DNA from: Monocercomonoides exilis PA203
Taxonomy: Eukaryota > Protista > Preaxostyla
Assembly: GCA_001643675.2 (NCBI GenBank)
Contig: LSRY02000036.1
Span: 868,001-932,000, forward strand
Direction: 5' to 3'
Length of the DNA: 64,000 nucleotides
Positions within the stretch are counted from its first letter, which is position 1; each line of letters starts with the position of its first letter. Position numbers and translations under genes: made by a program. Below are positions 37,098 through 50,091 of this stretch, in pieces. A model generated the notes under the pieces. The model was not told the origin of the DNA and did no database searches. It saw only the letters and a list, made by a program, of their open reading frames with translations.

Positions 37098-40000
37098 GAA
37101 AAAATGGTGATGCTAAAAGCACCATAAAACATACATTCGCTTCCACAAAAAGTTGAAAACAAAAACCAAAATGAAAAAAGAAAATAACACATTTTTGAAA
37201 CATTTTGATTCTGATTTGAAGAAAGTCGAAAAATGGAAAGCAGTCTGAACTCACTGGGAAAATTCACATTCTGCTCTCCACTTCCCATTCAACGAATAAT
37301 AGTCAAAGAAGAAAGCAAAGAAAGCCCTTCTCAAAAGAATGCCAACCAATACGACCATCATCACAAGTATTTTCGACTTTTCCTCCCCTCTTCTTTGCTT
37401 ATCGCTTCGCTCATCCCATCTTCTTCCTCTTCCATCCCCTCTTCTTCCTCTTCCTCTTCGTCTTCGTCTCGCAAAGAATCGCAGATTGCATCTGTCAGCG
37501 TCACCATCACTGCCCCAGCTGGAAAGTGCCCAATCAGCTCTCGCTTCATCCCGCTCAGAGAAGGCCTGTCTGCCTCATTCCACGAGACACACAACCTCCA
37601 AAACTCCAAATATGGTGTGTCCTTCACCAGCCCCACATTCGGCACTTCTCCATTCACAATCTTCTGCCCAGCTGCCTCTGCCCCATACTCCCCGAACGGG
37701 ATCTGGAGTGTCAGGCACTCCCACAGCATCATCCCGATCGAGAATGCCACCGACTTCTCTGTTGCCCCCATCTTCTTGTTCATTTGCAGCTCAGGCGCCT
37801 TCCACCTCAGGCACTCCTTCTTGAAATTGTCATCCTCATCCTCAAAGGCAGACGAGGGCAGAGAGTCCTCCTCCTCCTCATCATCATCATTGCTGGCAGA
37901 TGTCGCAACAGTTGACGAGGAGATGGATGATGAATCCGAATCATCGTCAGATGAGAAGTCGGAGTGCATCACAATGCAGATGACCATGTGCTCAGAGAAT
38001 AGTACAATGTGTGGGCTCAGATTGACAAGTGACTGAAGAGGGTTGTCCATCTCGGAAAATGAGTGGAGGGCGAGATTGGCCACCCAGAACAAGACCTGGG
38101 CAGCTGTCTGCTCTCTTTCCTTCAGAGTGCCTATCGCCATCTCCTTCTTCTCATTCCTTCCATGAAGCAGCATGAACAGCGAATCCCTCAGATCCACAAT
38201 CAGCTTCTCATGTGGTGATGAACACGCCATTGCATCCACCAGATTCGACATCGATGAAGTGGTTGGGCACAGGTCCTCCCCTCGAACAAATGTGGATTCT
38301 GTATCTGAAGTGTCTGTGGTTGAAGTGGATGAAGTGGATGGAGATGGAGTTCTTTTTCTTGTTTCCTCATCTTCTTTTTCATCAACCTTCTCAAGCATCC
38401 ATTGAGGGATCTTGTCTGAGTCTCTGCCCAAAATGTATTCAGTCGATCCACTCTCTGACAGAAGATGCTCCGATGACTCCGAATGTCCCAAGCTTTTCGC
38501 ATACACCCTCTTCTTGATTCTCTCATCGCTCTTCTTCTCTGCCTCCCTCTCAGCTCTCCTCCACTGCTCCTCTGGCGACATCTCCATCGTCACCATCTCA
38601 AACGCCTTCGGATCCTTTCTGATGTTATCATTCACAATCTCTCTCAGATCTTCTGCTTCATTCTTAACCTTCTTCCATCGAATTACAAACAAAATAAAAC
38701 CGATGAGAACAATCAATAATATCACAACAAGCACAACAACAATCAACAACCAATACGATTTCCCTTCTTTTCCTCCTTCAGCAATCCTTTCATCCCCATT
38801 TGCCTTGGGTTCGCTTCTGTTCTTCAGAACAAATGCATCAGTTGCAGACAACCGCTTTCCATACACAATCATCACAGACACCTCCGTATCGTCTGGGATC
38901 GACGAAAGATTTCTCGAAGGCACCATCCCAACTGCTTCCGCTTCACTCACAAACCCATCTTCTGCAAAATGATATGTCTCAATCAGGTCTGTATCTCCAG
39001 CTGATAAAATCAGTCGGAATGACAAATCACATGGCAGAAGAAGCGCTCCCTTGAATTGAATTTCTGTTCCACCTCCATTTTCGCTGGCCGAAGCCCCTTC
39101 CAACACCGGAATGAAGAATGAAGATGCTCTTTCAGAAACAATCCCTTCAAAACTGCATCCATCATTCAAAATCCACATCGATATGTCTGGGAAAACTCCA
39201 TCTCCCCCTTTCAAGCTGGAAATTGACAGTGATCCTGAATCAGAGCAGATGATATTTCTTCTCAATGATGGATAATTTTCAATGAATGGATTATTGTTCA
39301 AAAACTCTCCTTTCTCAATTGCCACATTCCCGCTCGATATAGATAATCCACCTGAAGAAGCATTCAATATTGTCACATCCTTCATCATCAATGTTGTATT
39401 AGTTGAATGAACAAGTGATCCACTCCATTCACATATTTCTTCAAATGCATCATTTCTCTTCCTCTCGCTTTCACTTTCTTTTGAAAGAATTCCTTCAAAC
39501 CCACAAATGTGCATGGAAACATTCTTCGCATTGTTCATCTCCATCATGCTTCCTTTGTTTGACAGAGAATTACAGTCTGAACAAGAACAATTTGAAAGAA
39601 CAATTTGAGCAGATGACAAGGATGCAGAAAGAACAGAAGCTCCTTCTGAATTCCTAGAGCAGTTCTTGAATAAGGAGCTTCCAACAGAAATTGCCCCTGA
39701 AGTTGAACTGTCAATCGAAATGATGCAACCCTCAGACAATTTCACTCCATTCACAACTATTCCATTGAGTGCAACGCTTCCACAGTTGCCAATCTCAAAA
39801 ACATTTCTTGTTGATTCAATCTGTTCCAGCTTCATGTTTGTCAACGATATCTCTTCCCCACAAAACTGAAAGAATGGCTTCTTGAATGAAAGGAGCAATA
39901 TTAAGCAGTTGTCAACATGCAGAATCCCTTTTGCAATGCTCAGCAAGGTTGAATTGAGAACAACAGAAGGTTGATTGATATTTGACCCTCCAACAGAAGA

Positions 40001-42609
40001 GAAGTCAACAAATGAAAGAGAAAGCTGACCACTTGATTCATGAATGATTGAACTCCCCGAATATGAAAATAACTGACCAAAATTGAATTTCAATCTCTCA
40101 ATTCTAACATTCTCTGAGGTTGTGATAAGACTTTCCTCTTTGGTTATTGTTGAGTTCAGATACGCAAAAGCCGATGAAGGAGATTGCAGTGAGCGGATGC
40201 TCATATCTTGAACACTGCATTCCCCAACAACAACTGTTTCCTTTGAGATAAGCAGTTGAGAATATGATGAAGGAATGATGTGTTGAACTCCCACATTCAG
40301 CGACTCGCAAGGTGCATTGACCTCTCCACATTGTTTGCTATCTGCGTGATTGTCTGCAGTTATAGACACAAATATAGTCTCGCTCTGATATTTCACAACC
40401 CTCAGCAGAAGATCCTCTTCACCCACAAAAGAGTCTGTTGTGCAGCCCCACATTGCCAGCTCCTTCACAAATGGCAATCTGAAATCCAACAAGAATTGCT
40501 CATCAACAATTTGTGTTTCAATCGAATGGCATCTCACATACACATCTCTCCCTCTGAATGCAGAGTTGTCTCTGAATGTGATGTTCGACAGAACAAAATT
40601 CAGAGGCTGCTCAGCTGTCGAGGTGCATTCCAGAAACAGCCACCCGCCTCTTCCTGTGCTCGAGCAGAAGCACTCAGAAATCGTGCAAAATGAGCAGTCA
40701 AAGTTTCCTCCCTCATTCAACACAGAAAACATTCCTCCTCCCTTTTCACATTTCGATCCGCCGCATCTCTTCATTGTTGTGTTTCTAACAACCATTTTCA
40801 ATGGCTCTTCATCATTTTTGTTCCGAATGATGGGAATATCATCAGTTGTATTCTGAGTGACTTCTTCGAATGAACTCCATTCAATAACAACATCTTGCTC
40901 CACTTCATTTTTCTCTCTTCTTGAACTCTTTGAAATGCTCAATCCGCTTGCACCATCAAGCTCAACATTCTTCATCGTAAGATTTTTCATATTCAAAATT
41001 GTTGTTGGATGAACGGAAATAATATCTTGTGAAAAGCAAAGTGATTGAATTGCCACAATTTCCAACACAACTGTGCCTTCATCTGCCTCGATCAACCCAA
41101 AGTTAATCATTTCTTCTTCTTCTTCATTTTCTTCCTTTTTGCTGAATGAACAATCTTTCAGAGTCAATAGTCCTTCACTTGATCCAATATGCAACAAAAC
41201 ATTGACTCCACTTGCGAATGAAGGTGGAACAACAAAGCTTATCAGTTCGAAATTGGTAATACTTTGAATCTTCATTGCCGTTCCTTCTGTTCCTTCAAGC
41301 GAAGAGAGACATTCCAAAGAGCACATGACTGTATTATTTGATCTTGTTGAAAGCCCACTGACATCAACACTCTTCTGAAGAATCGCCTTTCCTATGACAC
41401 TGATAATCCTTTCATTTCCTTCAACCATTCGCTCCAAAGAATAATCGATTGACAGGCAAGGATAATCTGAGAATCCACACGCACCCATGTCTCTTCCTTC
41501 GCTCCCAACAAATAACTCTGAGCCAATTGCTCTCCAGAAATAGATCAGTGGAACAGCATTCTCTGTATCATTCCCATCAAAGCCGCTCATGGAATCCAAG
41601 GAAATATCATTCAGATTCTCAGATACAAACGGAAGGGATGCGTTTGTGATGCTCTTTGTCAAGTTTGGCGATTCAACAAAAGATCATTTCCATATTTGGC
41701 AGTGTTTGGATTATCATCATCAAAAGCAGGGGATGATATCACAAATGAAGAATCACCATCCACCAACTTCAATGCCATCCCTCCTCCAAACCCAGTCTTC
41801 GCTTCTCCAGCTGGTGCTGCACATCCCGTAAATGTGCTTGAAATAATATTCAATTGCGTGTTCCCTTTCATCTGTGCGAAAATAGCTCCTCCTTTGCCTC
41901 CATCAGACAGCACGCAACATCCATCAAAGCCACACTCTTCGATATTGATTTCTCCATTTGAATTTTCATTTTCATCATTGCTGTTATTGATGTTCACACA
42001 GCCTCCACATCCTGCTGTTCTTTCAATTTTTGTGAAATTGCTTTTCGTCATGTTCAGCCATTTGGTGTTCATTAACTCGGCATTTGTTCCGGTTCCAGAC
42101 AAAGAGATCAATGGATTTCCACTCAAAGTGATTGAAGAAGCAGAGAAGTTGTCGATCGTCAGGATTCCAGATTCAACAGATAAGAATAGCAATACCAATT
42201 CTGATGAAGGTGCTTGAAGAATCAAAGAACAATGAGACAAAGTCAGTTGTGAAGAAGACGAAATGAAAGTGGAATGTGATGAAAAAGAAGGAGGAAGAGA
42301 GAAGATAAGTGTTGATAATTCTGTTTCAATACTTGCTGTTATCATCGCTGAGTTTGATGTCGAACTTGCATCAGAGACTGTCCAGCCACTTTGATCATCA
42401 TTTCCTCTGATTTCATGCTTCTGTTCACCAAATGCCAATTCATCACCCATCATAATCATTCCATTCACAACAACTTTCTTTTCTCCTGTTAGCCGTGTGA
42501 GTGAATGTTTCATTGTCAAACAAGGGAATTTGACTATTCCACAGTGTGAATGATCACATGCCTCAGAATTGCTCACATATATTTCTGCTGGAATGGGAAG
42601 GAGATAAAT
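37098..42609 (-). repeat. Left arm of ~5.5-kb near-identical inverted repeat (partner 54310-59822)
   Basis: Reverse complement matches 54310-59822 nearly base for base. The antisense ORFs in the track are mirrored, with coordinates summing to ~96920. Confidence 0.95.
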
Positions 42610-45206
42610 ACACAAAGGAATGGCTGCACTTGTATTTCCATTGTCATATCCTTGCACTTTGTCAACAGAATCCAAAGAGGCAGTGACGCATGTGATTTTT
42701 TGTGACTTCGCGGTCACTTCCAGATTTGGGGAAATAACAAAGATATCACTTCCACATTTGGCCGTGTTCGTTACAAAGGAAGAAGAAATCAGGAATTCTG
42801 GATTTTCATTCAATAATCGAAGAAGAATTCCTCCCCCCAGTCCGTTGGATGAAGAACAAAAGCACTCATCAAAATTACCACCTTTCACTTTCACATCATT
42901 TCCATTTCCAACACACAACATCATCGATCCCCCATCAGCAGATGTTCTGCTTCCGCATCCTTCAAAAGTGCTCGAATTCAGATCAATAATTATATTATCC
43001 CTGGAAAACGATATTACAGATGCTCCGCTTGTAGTTTTTTCTATTCCACTGAAGGAACACACTGAGAGAGTCAATGAAATTTCATTTGTTGAAGAAAGCG
43101 AAAACAACGAAACAGCGGAGATAGTCTTTTCCCAGTTCACATTTTCCATCTGAAACATGCCATTCTGAATGTTTATCAGCTCTGCAGCAAATGCTGTATT
43201 TTCACTTTGTTCGCTTCCAGCAAATATGTTCAGATTGCTTATATGCATCTCTCCAGCTCCAGTGATCTCAAATAGCCTTGAGGCTCGATTATTTGCAAAT
43301 GCCGAGTCATGCACAAGTTCAAGGTCACTGATGGACAATTCACCTGTTGAGACTGAGAAAAGAGATAATCCAGTTGCCTCTAATTCTGTCTGCACTATCG
43401 TGCTCAAATCACTTTGACCATAAATCGTGATGGCAATGGAGCCACAATCCACACCTTTGGTTTCTGTGATCGTTCCTGCGAGAATCTCAACATCTTTCAC
43501 AAATTCAGGAATAAGTTGAGTGAGGCAATGGCTGACAGTGTTGCATGGATAGCTTTCGTTGATTCCACATGCATATGCATCTTTGGCATTTTGTTGTGCT
43601 TGCACTGAGGAGACAAATCTAACTCTTCCACCATCATTCCGAAGCCATTCACTTTTATCTCCATTTTCAGATACAGTTGTGCTAACTCTATTTATTGTAT
43701 TCCGAGTTGAATAACAACTCGAATCAATATTATTTTCTGAAGATCCCGAAAGATAAATATCATGGCCACTTCTTCTACATGTATTATTGTGGAAAAAACA
43801 ATAAAAAAATAATGTTCCTTTATTAATTGAATTTATTTGTTGACAAGCAGCACCTCCATCATTCTCCGAAGAACAGTTGCAGAAAAGACAACTGGAAATG
43901 ACAACTTTGTCTGTGCAATCCCAATGTTCTATTGCCCCTCCTCCAGAACTTCCCGAGTTAAGAGCACTGCAATTTAAAAATACACAATTTGAAATGCAGT
44001 GCTTTTGCACCTGAGTTTTTGTTGGACGGAGATCAATTGCGCCCCCATCGTTTCCAGATGAGCAATTCTCAAATGAGCAGCAATCAGCAAGAGATTGAGT
44101 TAACGCATTCTCAACCATTATTCCTCCACCGCCACAGTCCGTATTAATCGAAGCGCAAGAGCATTGAACAAATGATGTGAATTTCACAATGCATTCTGCT
44201 ATTTTCAATGCATATATTCCTCCGCCTCTTGTTGAAGAAGCATTGCAATTTGTAAAGGTTGAATTTTCCACCTTCAAAATTGCATTTTCGTTGTCATGCA
44301 CAAAAAGAGCACCTCCTTGTGGGGCTGTGCAGTCAGTCCATTCACACAATGAAAAGGATTGGCTATCAGTAAAATTCATCTGTCCTTTTTTTTCTAGATC
44401 ATTCATTTCTCTTTTCCCGATGTGTGTAGTTGTGTTTCTGCAGACAAATGAATTTGAAGAATAGGATCCGCTCGAGGCCCTTCCTTCAAAGGCATTCGCA
44501 CATGAATAAATGAGGCAATTCTCCATAGAACTCAGAAAACATGAATGTTCCACAAAATGATCGCTATTCGCATCATATTTCACAGACATGTTCCTGAAGG
44601 CACAATCATTGATCTGTTCACTTTTGCTCTTTCCTGATAACAGGAAATAGTCTGAGGATGATATAGTCAGATCCATCATGATCGAATTGCTCAAAATAGC
44701 AATATTTGAATCATCAGAAGAAAATACGAGACTGGAAGGGTTCAAATTCTTTTGAGGGATCAAAGTCAAATTCACAACATTGATTGACCCACTTTGTAAA
44801 TGAAAAGGAGATTCCGATTTTTGTTGGGAAATGCAGGAATCAATTGTGATAATTGATTTATCTGTAATAAACATGAAAGGTGAAGAAAAATGTTCAATTG
44901 CCAAATTTTTCAGTCCATTTGTGGAATTGGAAAATACAAAAAATAAATTAACAACTGTTGATATTCCTGACTGCAATCTTTTCACTTCTGAGACTGTATT
45001 CTGATCAAAAAAGAAATTGTTATCACCCTTGGATAGAAAATGTGAATCATTTGAATTGCCTTGATATTTATAAATACAGATAATGCAAATTTTTAATTAT
45101 TCAAAAAAATTCCTATATTTTTCAATGGGGAAATACCTGAGGTATTTTGTGCTGCAAATGCCTTCCCAAGAATCAAATATGCCAAAACGCACAAATGCAT
45201 TCTCAT
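37361..45206 (-). pseudogene. Giant modular receptor-pseudokinase paralog B, interrupted by a 1-bp frameshift at ~41680 (real lesion or sequencing error)
   Basis: Signal-peptide exon 45206-45137 (MRMHLCVLAYLILGKAFAAQNTS), then phase-1 intron 45060-45136, then ORFs 41659-44985 and 37361-41662. Coding strand reads GATCTTTTGTTG where C reads GATCTTTTTGTTG. Confidence 0.85.
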
Positions 45207-47449
45207 GCGGATTGATAATTAATTTTGATTTGTGAATTTAAATGTTTTTTGTTTGATCAAAGTGACCCTTAATAATAGTTAAAAAGCTATTTGAAAAAGA
45301 AAGAATCCTTCTTTCTGCAATCATTTTGAGAGCGTTTGGAAAGCATCCGAGATGCATTCAAAACAATCCAATTTCTTCTCTTCTGGCAAACTATAAATTG
45401 GTATTTGCTGATGCAGATGAAATTTTTTCTATTTAAAAATATTATAAAATATAATTAAATAAAAGGATAAAATTGAATAAAAGGAAAAAACCTTTTCAAA
45501 TAGAAATTGCTTTCAAATTAAAGCACAAAAAATAGATAATGCCATATCAACACAAATGACCTCAAAATCACCATTTGAATGCGTTGTTTCGGATTATTAA
45601 ATGAATCCTTTCCAATTTCTGTTAAATGATGAGTCTTTTTTCATCCACCTTCTCTTTATTCCACTTGTCTGCTGATCAATTGCTCTCCCTTCATAACTTT
45701 CCTCCAACTTTCACATCATTTAATTGATCAATTCCTCTTCTTCTCTTCAATTCCTCTCCTTAACATCTTCTTCTTCTGCTTCTTTGCTCCAAACATCCAA
45801 ATAAGCTCTTCAACTTTATTCTTCTTCAGCTCACTTTCTTGCTTCTCAATTTTTCTGTTTGAACCATTTTGTACTAACTGCCTATGCTTGTTATTCAAAA
45901 AATACTCATCTTCTATTTCAGCGAAAAGGCATTTTTAAGAAGCCATTTGTTTCAGCTGAGATGATATGTGATGTGAACCTTCTCTTTTCATATTCTTCAA
46001 AAAAAATAAAATTAAAATAAATTTTTTTCTGCAAACATTCAAAGCACAATTTGCCCTTCTTCTTCAACCAAGCATTCATTAAGAAGTATTAAAACCCTAT
46101 CCATCTGCCTTATCTCTCTTCACAACCACTTGCCCTTCGTTTCCGCCCAATATTGACTATATCTCCATCTCTTTTTTCTCTCTCCAATTTATCTCATTCT
46201 TTCAATTTCTTTTTCACCTTCTTCTTTTTCTAAACTCTCTTCCTTGTGCTCCAATATTGTTGCCTTTTCTTCCCAAGAAATTCCCATCAATTCAGAATCT
46301 CGCCAAAGCCATTGCTTTTCTGATAAATTCAACACATTTCAGAAAAAGATGGTTTATCTCAAAAATAACTAACTTCAAAATACCTAAAAAAGGATGGGAG
46401 ATGTGAAAGCGAATGATACAGAATTAATGAATAAATTATTCATACCTCATGGCAAATGCAGAATGGTTGATCTCCAAGCGCTGTTCCAAATATTTCTTTT
46501 CACAATTTAAAGTTATCAATGCATTTTTGACAAATCGGACAAAATAATAATGAAAATTGGTACATGTTTTTCGAAGAATATCTATCTGAATGGAATTCAA
46601 AGTAGATTTGGTAAACCATAAAAATTACTGAAATTGTTGGAACTTCGTTTGACAAGTCAAATAACACTCACAGACGATTAAAGATAATTTTTGCCAATAA
46701 AATTGTTGAATTTTCTATGTAATCCCAGTTGACGTACATGGCGTTTGTTATGTCTTGTTGAAGAAATCGGCATCTGCTCCATTATTTGCAACAACTTTGC
46801 TCATGCGGTGAAAATAACAAACTATTGTATTGCGCTTTGGATGCTTTGCCTTTCTTCTGAATTTTTTGTTCTGGATGTTGATCTGCACCAGCTTATTGAG
46901 GATTTGATGATGCTCCTTTTTTGTGAAAAAGAACAAATTTCGAATCATTCGCATCAATATGTCCATCGGAAAAAAAATGAAAGAGTCGACATTCTTTCTT
47001 TTTCGATGCTATTCTTTCAATAAGTTAAAATTTGGAATTTTCATTTATTAAATAAATTTCTTATGGGTACATAATGATTTAAATATTTATTTGGTTCAGT
47101 TTTTCAAAAAATGAGTTTTTGATAAACCAATTATTGTGAACATATTTGGAACAACGAAATTGAATCTTGTGATAAACAACTGTTTATTTGAATTTTTATA
47201 AAAGCTTATCAAAAACAAGTTTTCTTTTACTGAAATCAACATTTATCTCCGTTCTTAAAACTTTCATAACACATAAATTTCAAAAAAGAAAAATAGGAAG
47301 TTGACTTCAAAATAGTTATTAAACAAAATAAAAATATTAAATTGTCATTTTTTTCTGATAAATAGTTTTTGTTTAAAAATTATGAACATCAAAATTTCGA
47401 ATTTATTTTGAAATGAAAATTTTGTATTATTTTCAGATGAAAATGAATA

Positions 47450-49491
47450 TAGGGTGATTTATTAACTTGAACTTTTTTAAAAACCCGGACTTTTTTTTAA
47501 TAATAAGTTGATTTTTCACACTTTTTAAATTTTTAACATTGTTTTCAGTAAATAAGGAAAAATCAATGACTGAAATTGTTGATTAAATTACTATACCTAA
47601 TCTCTGATGGGGGAGACGATGGGAAGGCTAGCTCCTCCATCTCTGATTTGTGCCTCCCCAAAGGAGATTAGGCAATAGCAAGGGGTATCACTAAGTTAGA
47701 ATTTAAACGAAAATATTTTTTTTGATTTTTTTTCATTTAAAAAAAATTTTTTTTAAAAAATAAAAATATGATCATTACCAGAATTTTTTTGAAATGAGTG
47801 TTGTGAAAAACCAAAAGAGAACGTGGACAGTTAATTCTTCGAGAAAAAATGATGTCATTTGAATACCGAAGAATTGAAAATCGATTAGAACGCATGGCGC
47901 GGATAGTTGTTGATGGACATGTCAGAATCGTTGATGCAATAAATACCAAAGAATTCTCTCGTTCAGCAATTATTAGAGCAGTTTCATCAATTGAAAGTGG
48001 CAGAGCTGTTGGAAAACCTGGCAGGCTATAACTATTCAATGAAGAGGACAAAAACATTATTGTTGGAGTTATTAAAATCGAAAGTTTATCCTGAACACAT
48101 TTAAATGCAAAGAAACCAAGAGAATTTGTTTGTATTCATCTTAATATCTCTTCAGTTTTTAACAATAAATATTTTTCGGATGGAATCTGTCCTTTCCGAC
48201 AAAAAAACACATTCAGTACAATATAACAATGAAAATGCAAGTGTGTCCAAAGCATTTCCGTATCTATTTGCAAAAAGGAATTCAGAGCTCAAAGCGTCCA
48301 TGCCCAGAAATGTGGATATCCAACTTCTTTCAGTATCCAATCAACAAGCTCTTCTTCCTTTCTACGAGCTTCTGCAAAATCTTCACACATTCTCATCATT
48401 ATTCACCTTCTTTGATCTATAATACCGATGAATCTTCACTCCGCTTATCGGATTCCTTCAAAACTCTTGTGATTCACCCCACATGAGTTCCAGCTGGATT
48501 TCATGCAACACCCACAAACATTCCAAATGCCACTTTGGTTGTCGCAGCTGCTGCAGATGGATATTCTCTAAAAAGCGTTGTATTGTGGCCATGCCACAAA
48601 TTACCAAAGGAAATGCGAGTTCTTCTGAGCGCATTCATTGATGTTTGGGATAACAACGATGGATGGATGACGGAAAGCATATTTCAAATATACGCAGAAG
48701 AGGTTTTATTAACTGGAATCATCGAAAGAAGGAAAATATTAATGAGAACCAATGAGAGATGTCTTCTACTTTTGGATTCTCACTCTTCTCGGGCTCAACC
48801 TGACATATGGCAGAAATTTGCTGATAACAACATTGACGTAGTCACTTTTATTCCTCACAGTTCACACATCACACAACCTCTTGATCGTGGTGTGTTTGCT
48901 GTCTTCAAGAAATGCATCAACTCTCTGCACTCTGTTCCTCCGGATTCTTCCATTTCTCTTCGACGTGAGGCCATCTCCAACTTTCTTCCACAAGCTCTTC
49001 AGACAGCATTACTTCCTGCAACTGTTGTTTCTTCGTTCAAGAAAAGCGGCGTGCTTTCAAACGAGTGGCATTCAGTACTATCAACACTTCCAAAGGAAAC
49101 TTCGGTAACACTGAAAAAGAGAACACACAGGTTTGATTTTTTTGGAAAAATTATAACTGAACAAAAATTGCTTGAAGAATGGAAAAAAGAAAAGAAAATG
49201 AAAGAAGATAAGAAAAGAAAAGATAATAATGATGAAAAAGAAGAAGAAATTATTTTCGCAGCTGAAAAGCCCCAAAAAAGAAGATTAAATAAATCCCACA
49301 TTTTGAATGATGATATTTTGGATGATGAATCAAAGCAGAAAAATTCCAAAAAAATTATGAAGAGAGAACTTGTTGATTATATATATTATTAATCATTTCA
49401 ATTTTTGTTATCAAAATATGATTGCTTGAAAAAAAATTATTTCTATTTCGAACCAAAATCAAAAAAAAGTTCGGTTTTATAAATCACCCTA
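47450..49491 (+). mobile_element. pogo/Tc1-mariner superfamily DNA transposon (~2.04 kb), TIRs and TA target duplication
   Basis: Left end TA|TAGGGTGATTTATTAACTTGAACTTTTTT. Right end reverse complement TA|TAGGGTGATTTATAAAACCGAACTTTTTT. Encloses a DDE_1-type transposase. Confidence 0.88.
47849..49392 (+). pseudogene. Degenerate pogo/CENP-B-like DDE transposase (DD35D)
   Basis: N-terminal HTH-like SRSAIIRA...GKPGR. Catalytic motifs YNTDES, LLLLDSHSSR and HITQPLDRGVF, with 35 residues between the last two Asp. In-frame stops at ~48029, ~48092 and ~48484, a frameshift near 48390, and a probable intron with a mutated acceptor. Confidence 0.85.
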
Positions 49492-49658
49492 TATTAATTT
49501 TATCAAAATCACATTTCAACCATTAACAACTCACTCACAAAATTTCAATTTCATTGTCAAGCATTTGCTTCCATATTTGTGAAATTTGGTGGGTTAAAAT
49601 TAATATTTGACGAAAACATTCAATCGTTATTTTCACTCGAAAATCAAACAATGTGAAC

Positions 49659-49866
49659 TTTTCAAATAAAACAAAATTTTTTATATTTCGATCAAATTTC
49701 TGTTCCCACTTACGAAACTTTTCTTGAATGGAAATAATAACATGGTTAAGATTTTATTTTCATGACAGAGAAATTTGGCGAGTGGGAACAGAAATTTGAT
49801 CGAAATATTTAAATTTTATTTTATTTGAAAATTAAACAAAAGGAACTTTTCAAAAAAATTTAGACA
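49659..49866. mobile_element. Palindromic MITE-like element, family 1 (left outer arm truncated)
   Basis: Arms ATATTTCGATCAAATTTCTGTTCCCACT / AGTGGGAACAGAAATTTGATCGAAATAT. A second copy lies at 63216-63455. Confidence 0.75.
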
Positions 49867-49888
49867 AATTTTTGTTAAGCAATATATG

Positions 49889-50091
49889 GCTGATCCTTTT
49901 TGAAATCACACTTTCGTTCGAGTTTTGATCAAAAATTAAAACTCAATGGGATTTTTGTTAAAAATTTGTTTCTGCAATAACAACATCATGAACTATATGT
50001 ATTAATGCTTTTGTTCAACTTTTCAAAATCCCATTGAGATTAAATTTTTGATCAAAACTCGAACGAAAGTGTGATTTCAAAAAGGATAAGC
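49889..50091. mobile_element. Palindromic MITE-like element, family 2 (~69-bp arms)
   Basis: ATCCTTTTTGAAATCACACTTTCGTTCGAGTTTTGATCAAAAATT...CTCAATGGGATTTT is mirrored by AAAATCCCATTGAG...AATTTTTGATCAAAACTCGAACGAAAGTGTGATTTCAAAAAGGAT. Confidence 0.7.

Noticed and set aside
48029-48486. Stops in the transposase as evidence of a non-standard genetic code
   Set aside because: Both TAA and TGA occur, together with a frameshift. Host genes end in TAA or TGA, and multi-kb ORFs lack internal TAA/TAG, so decay is the simpler explanation.
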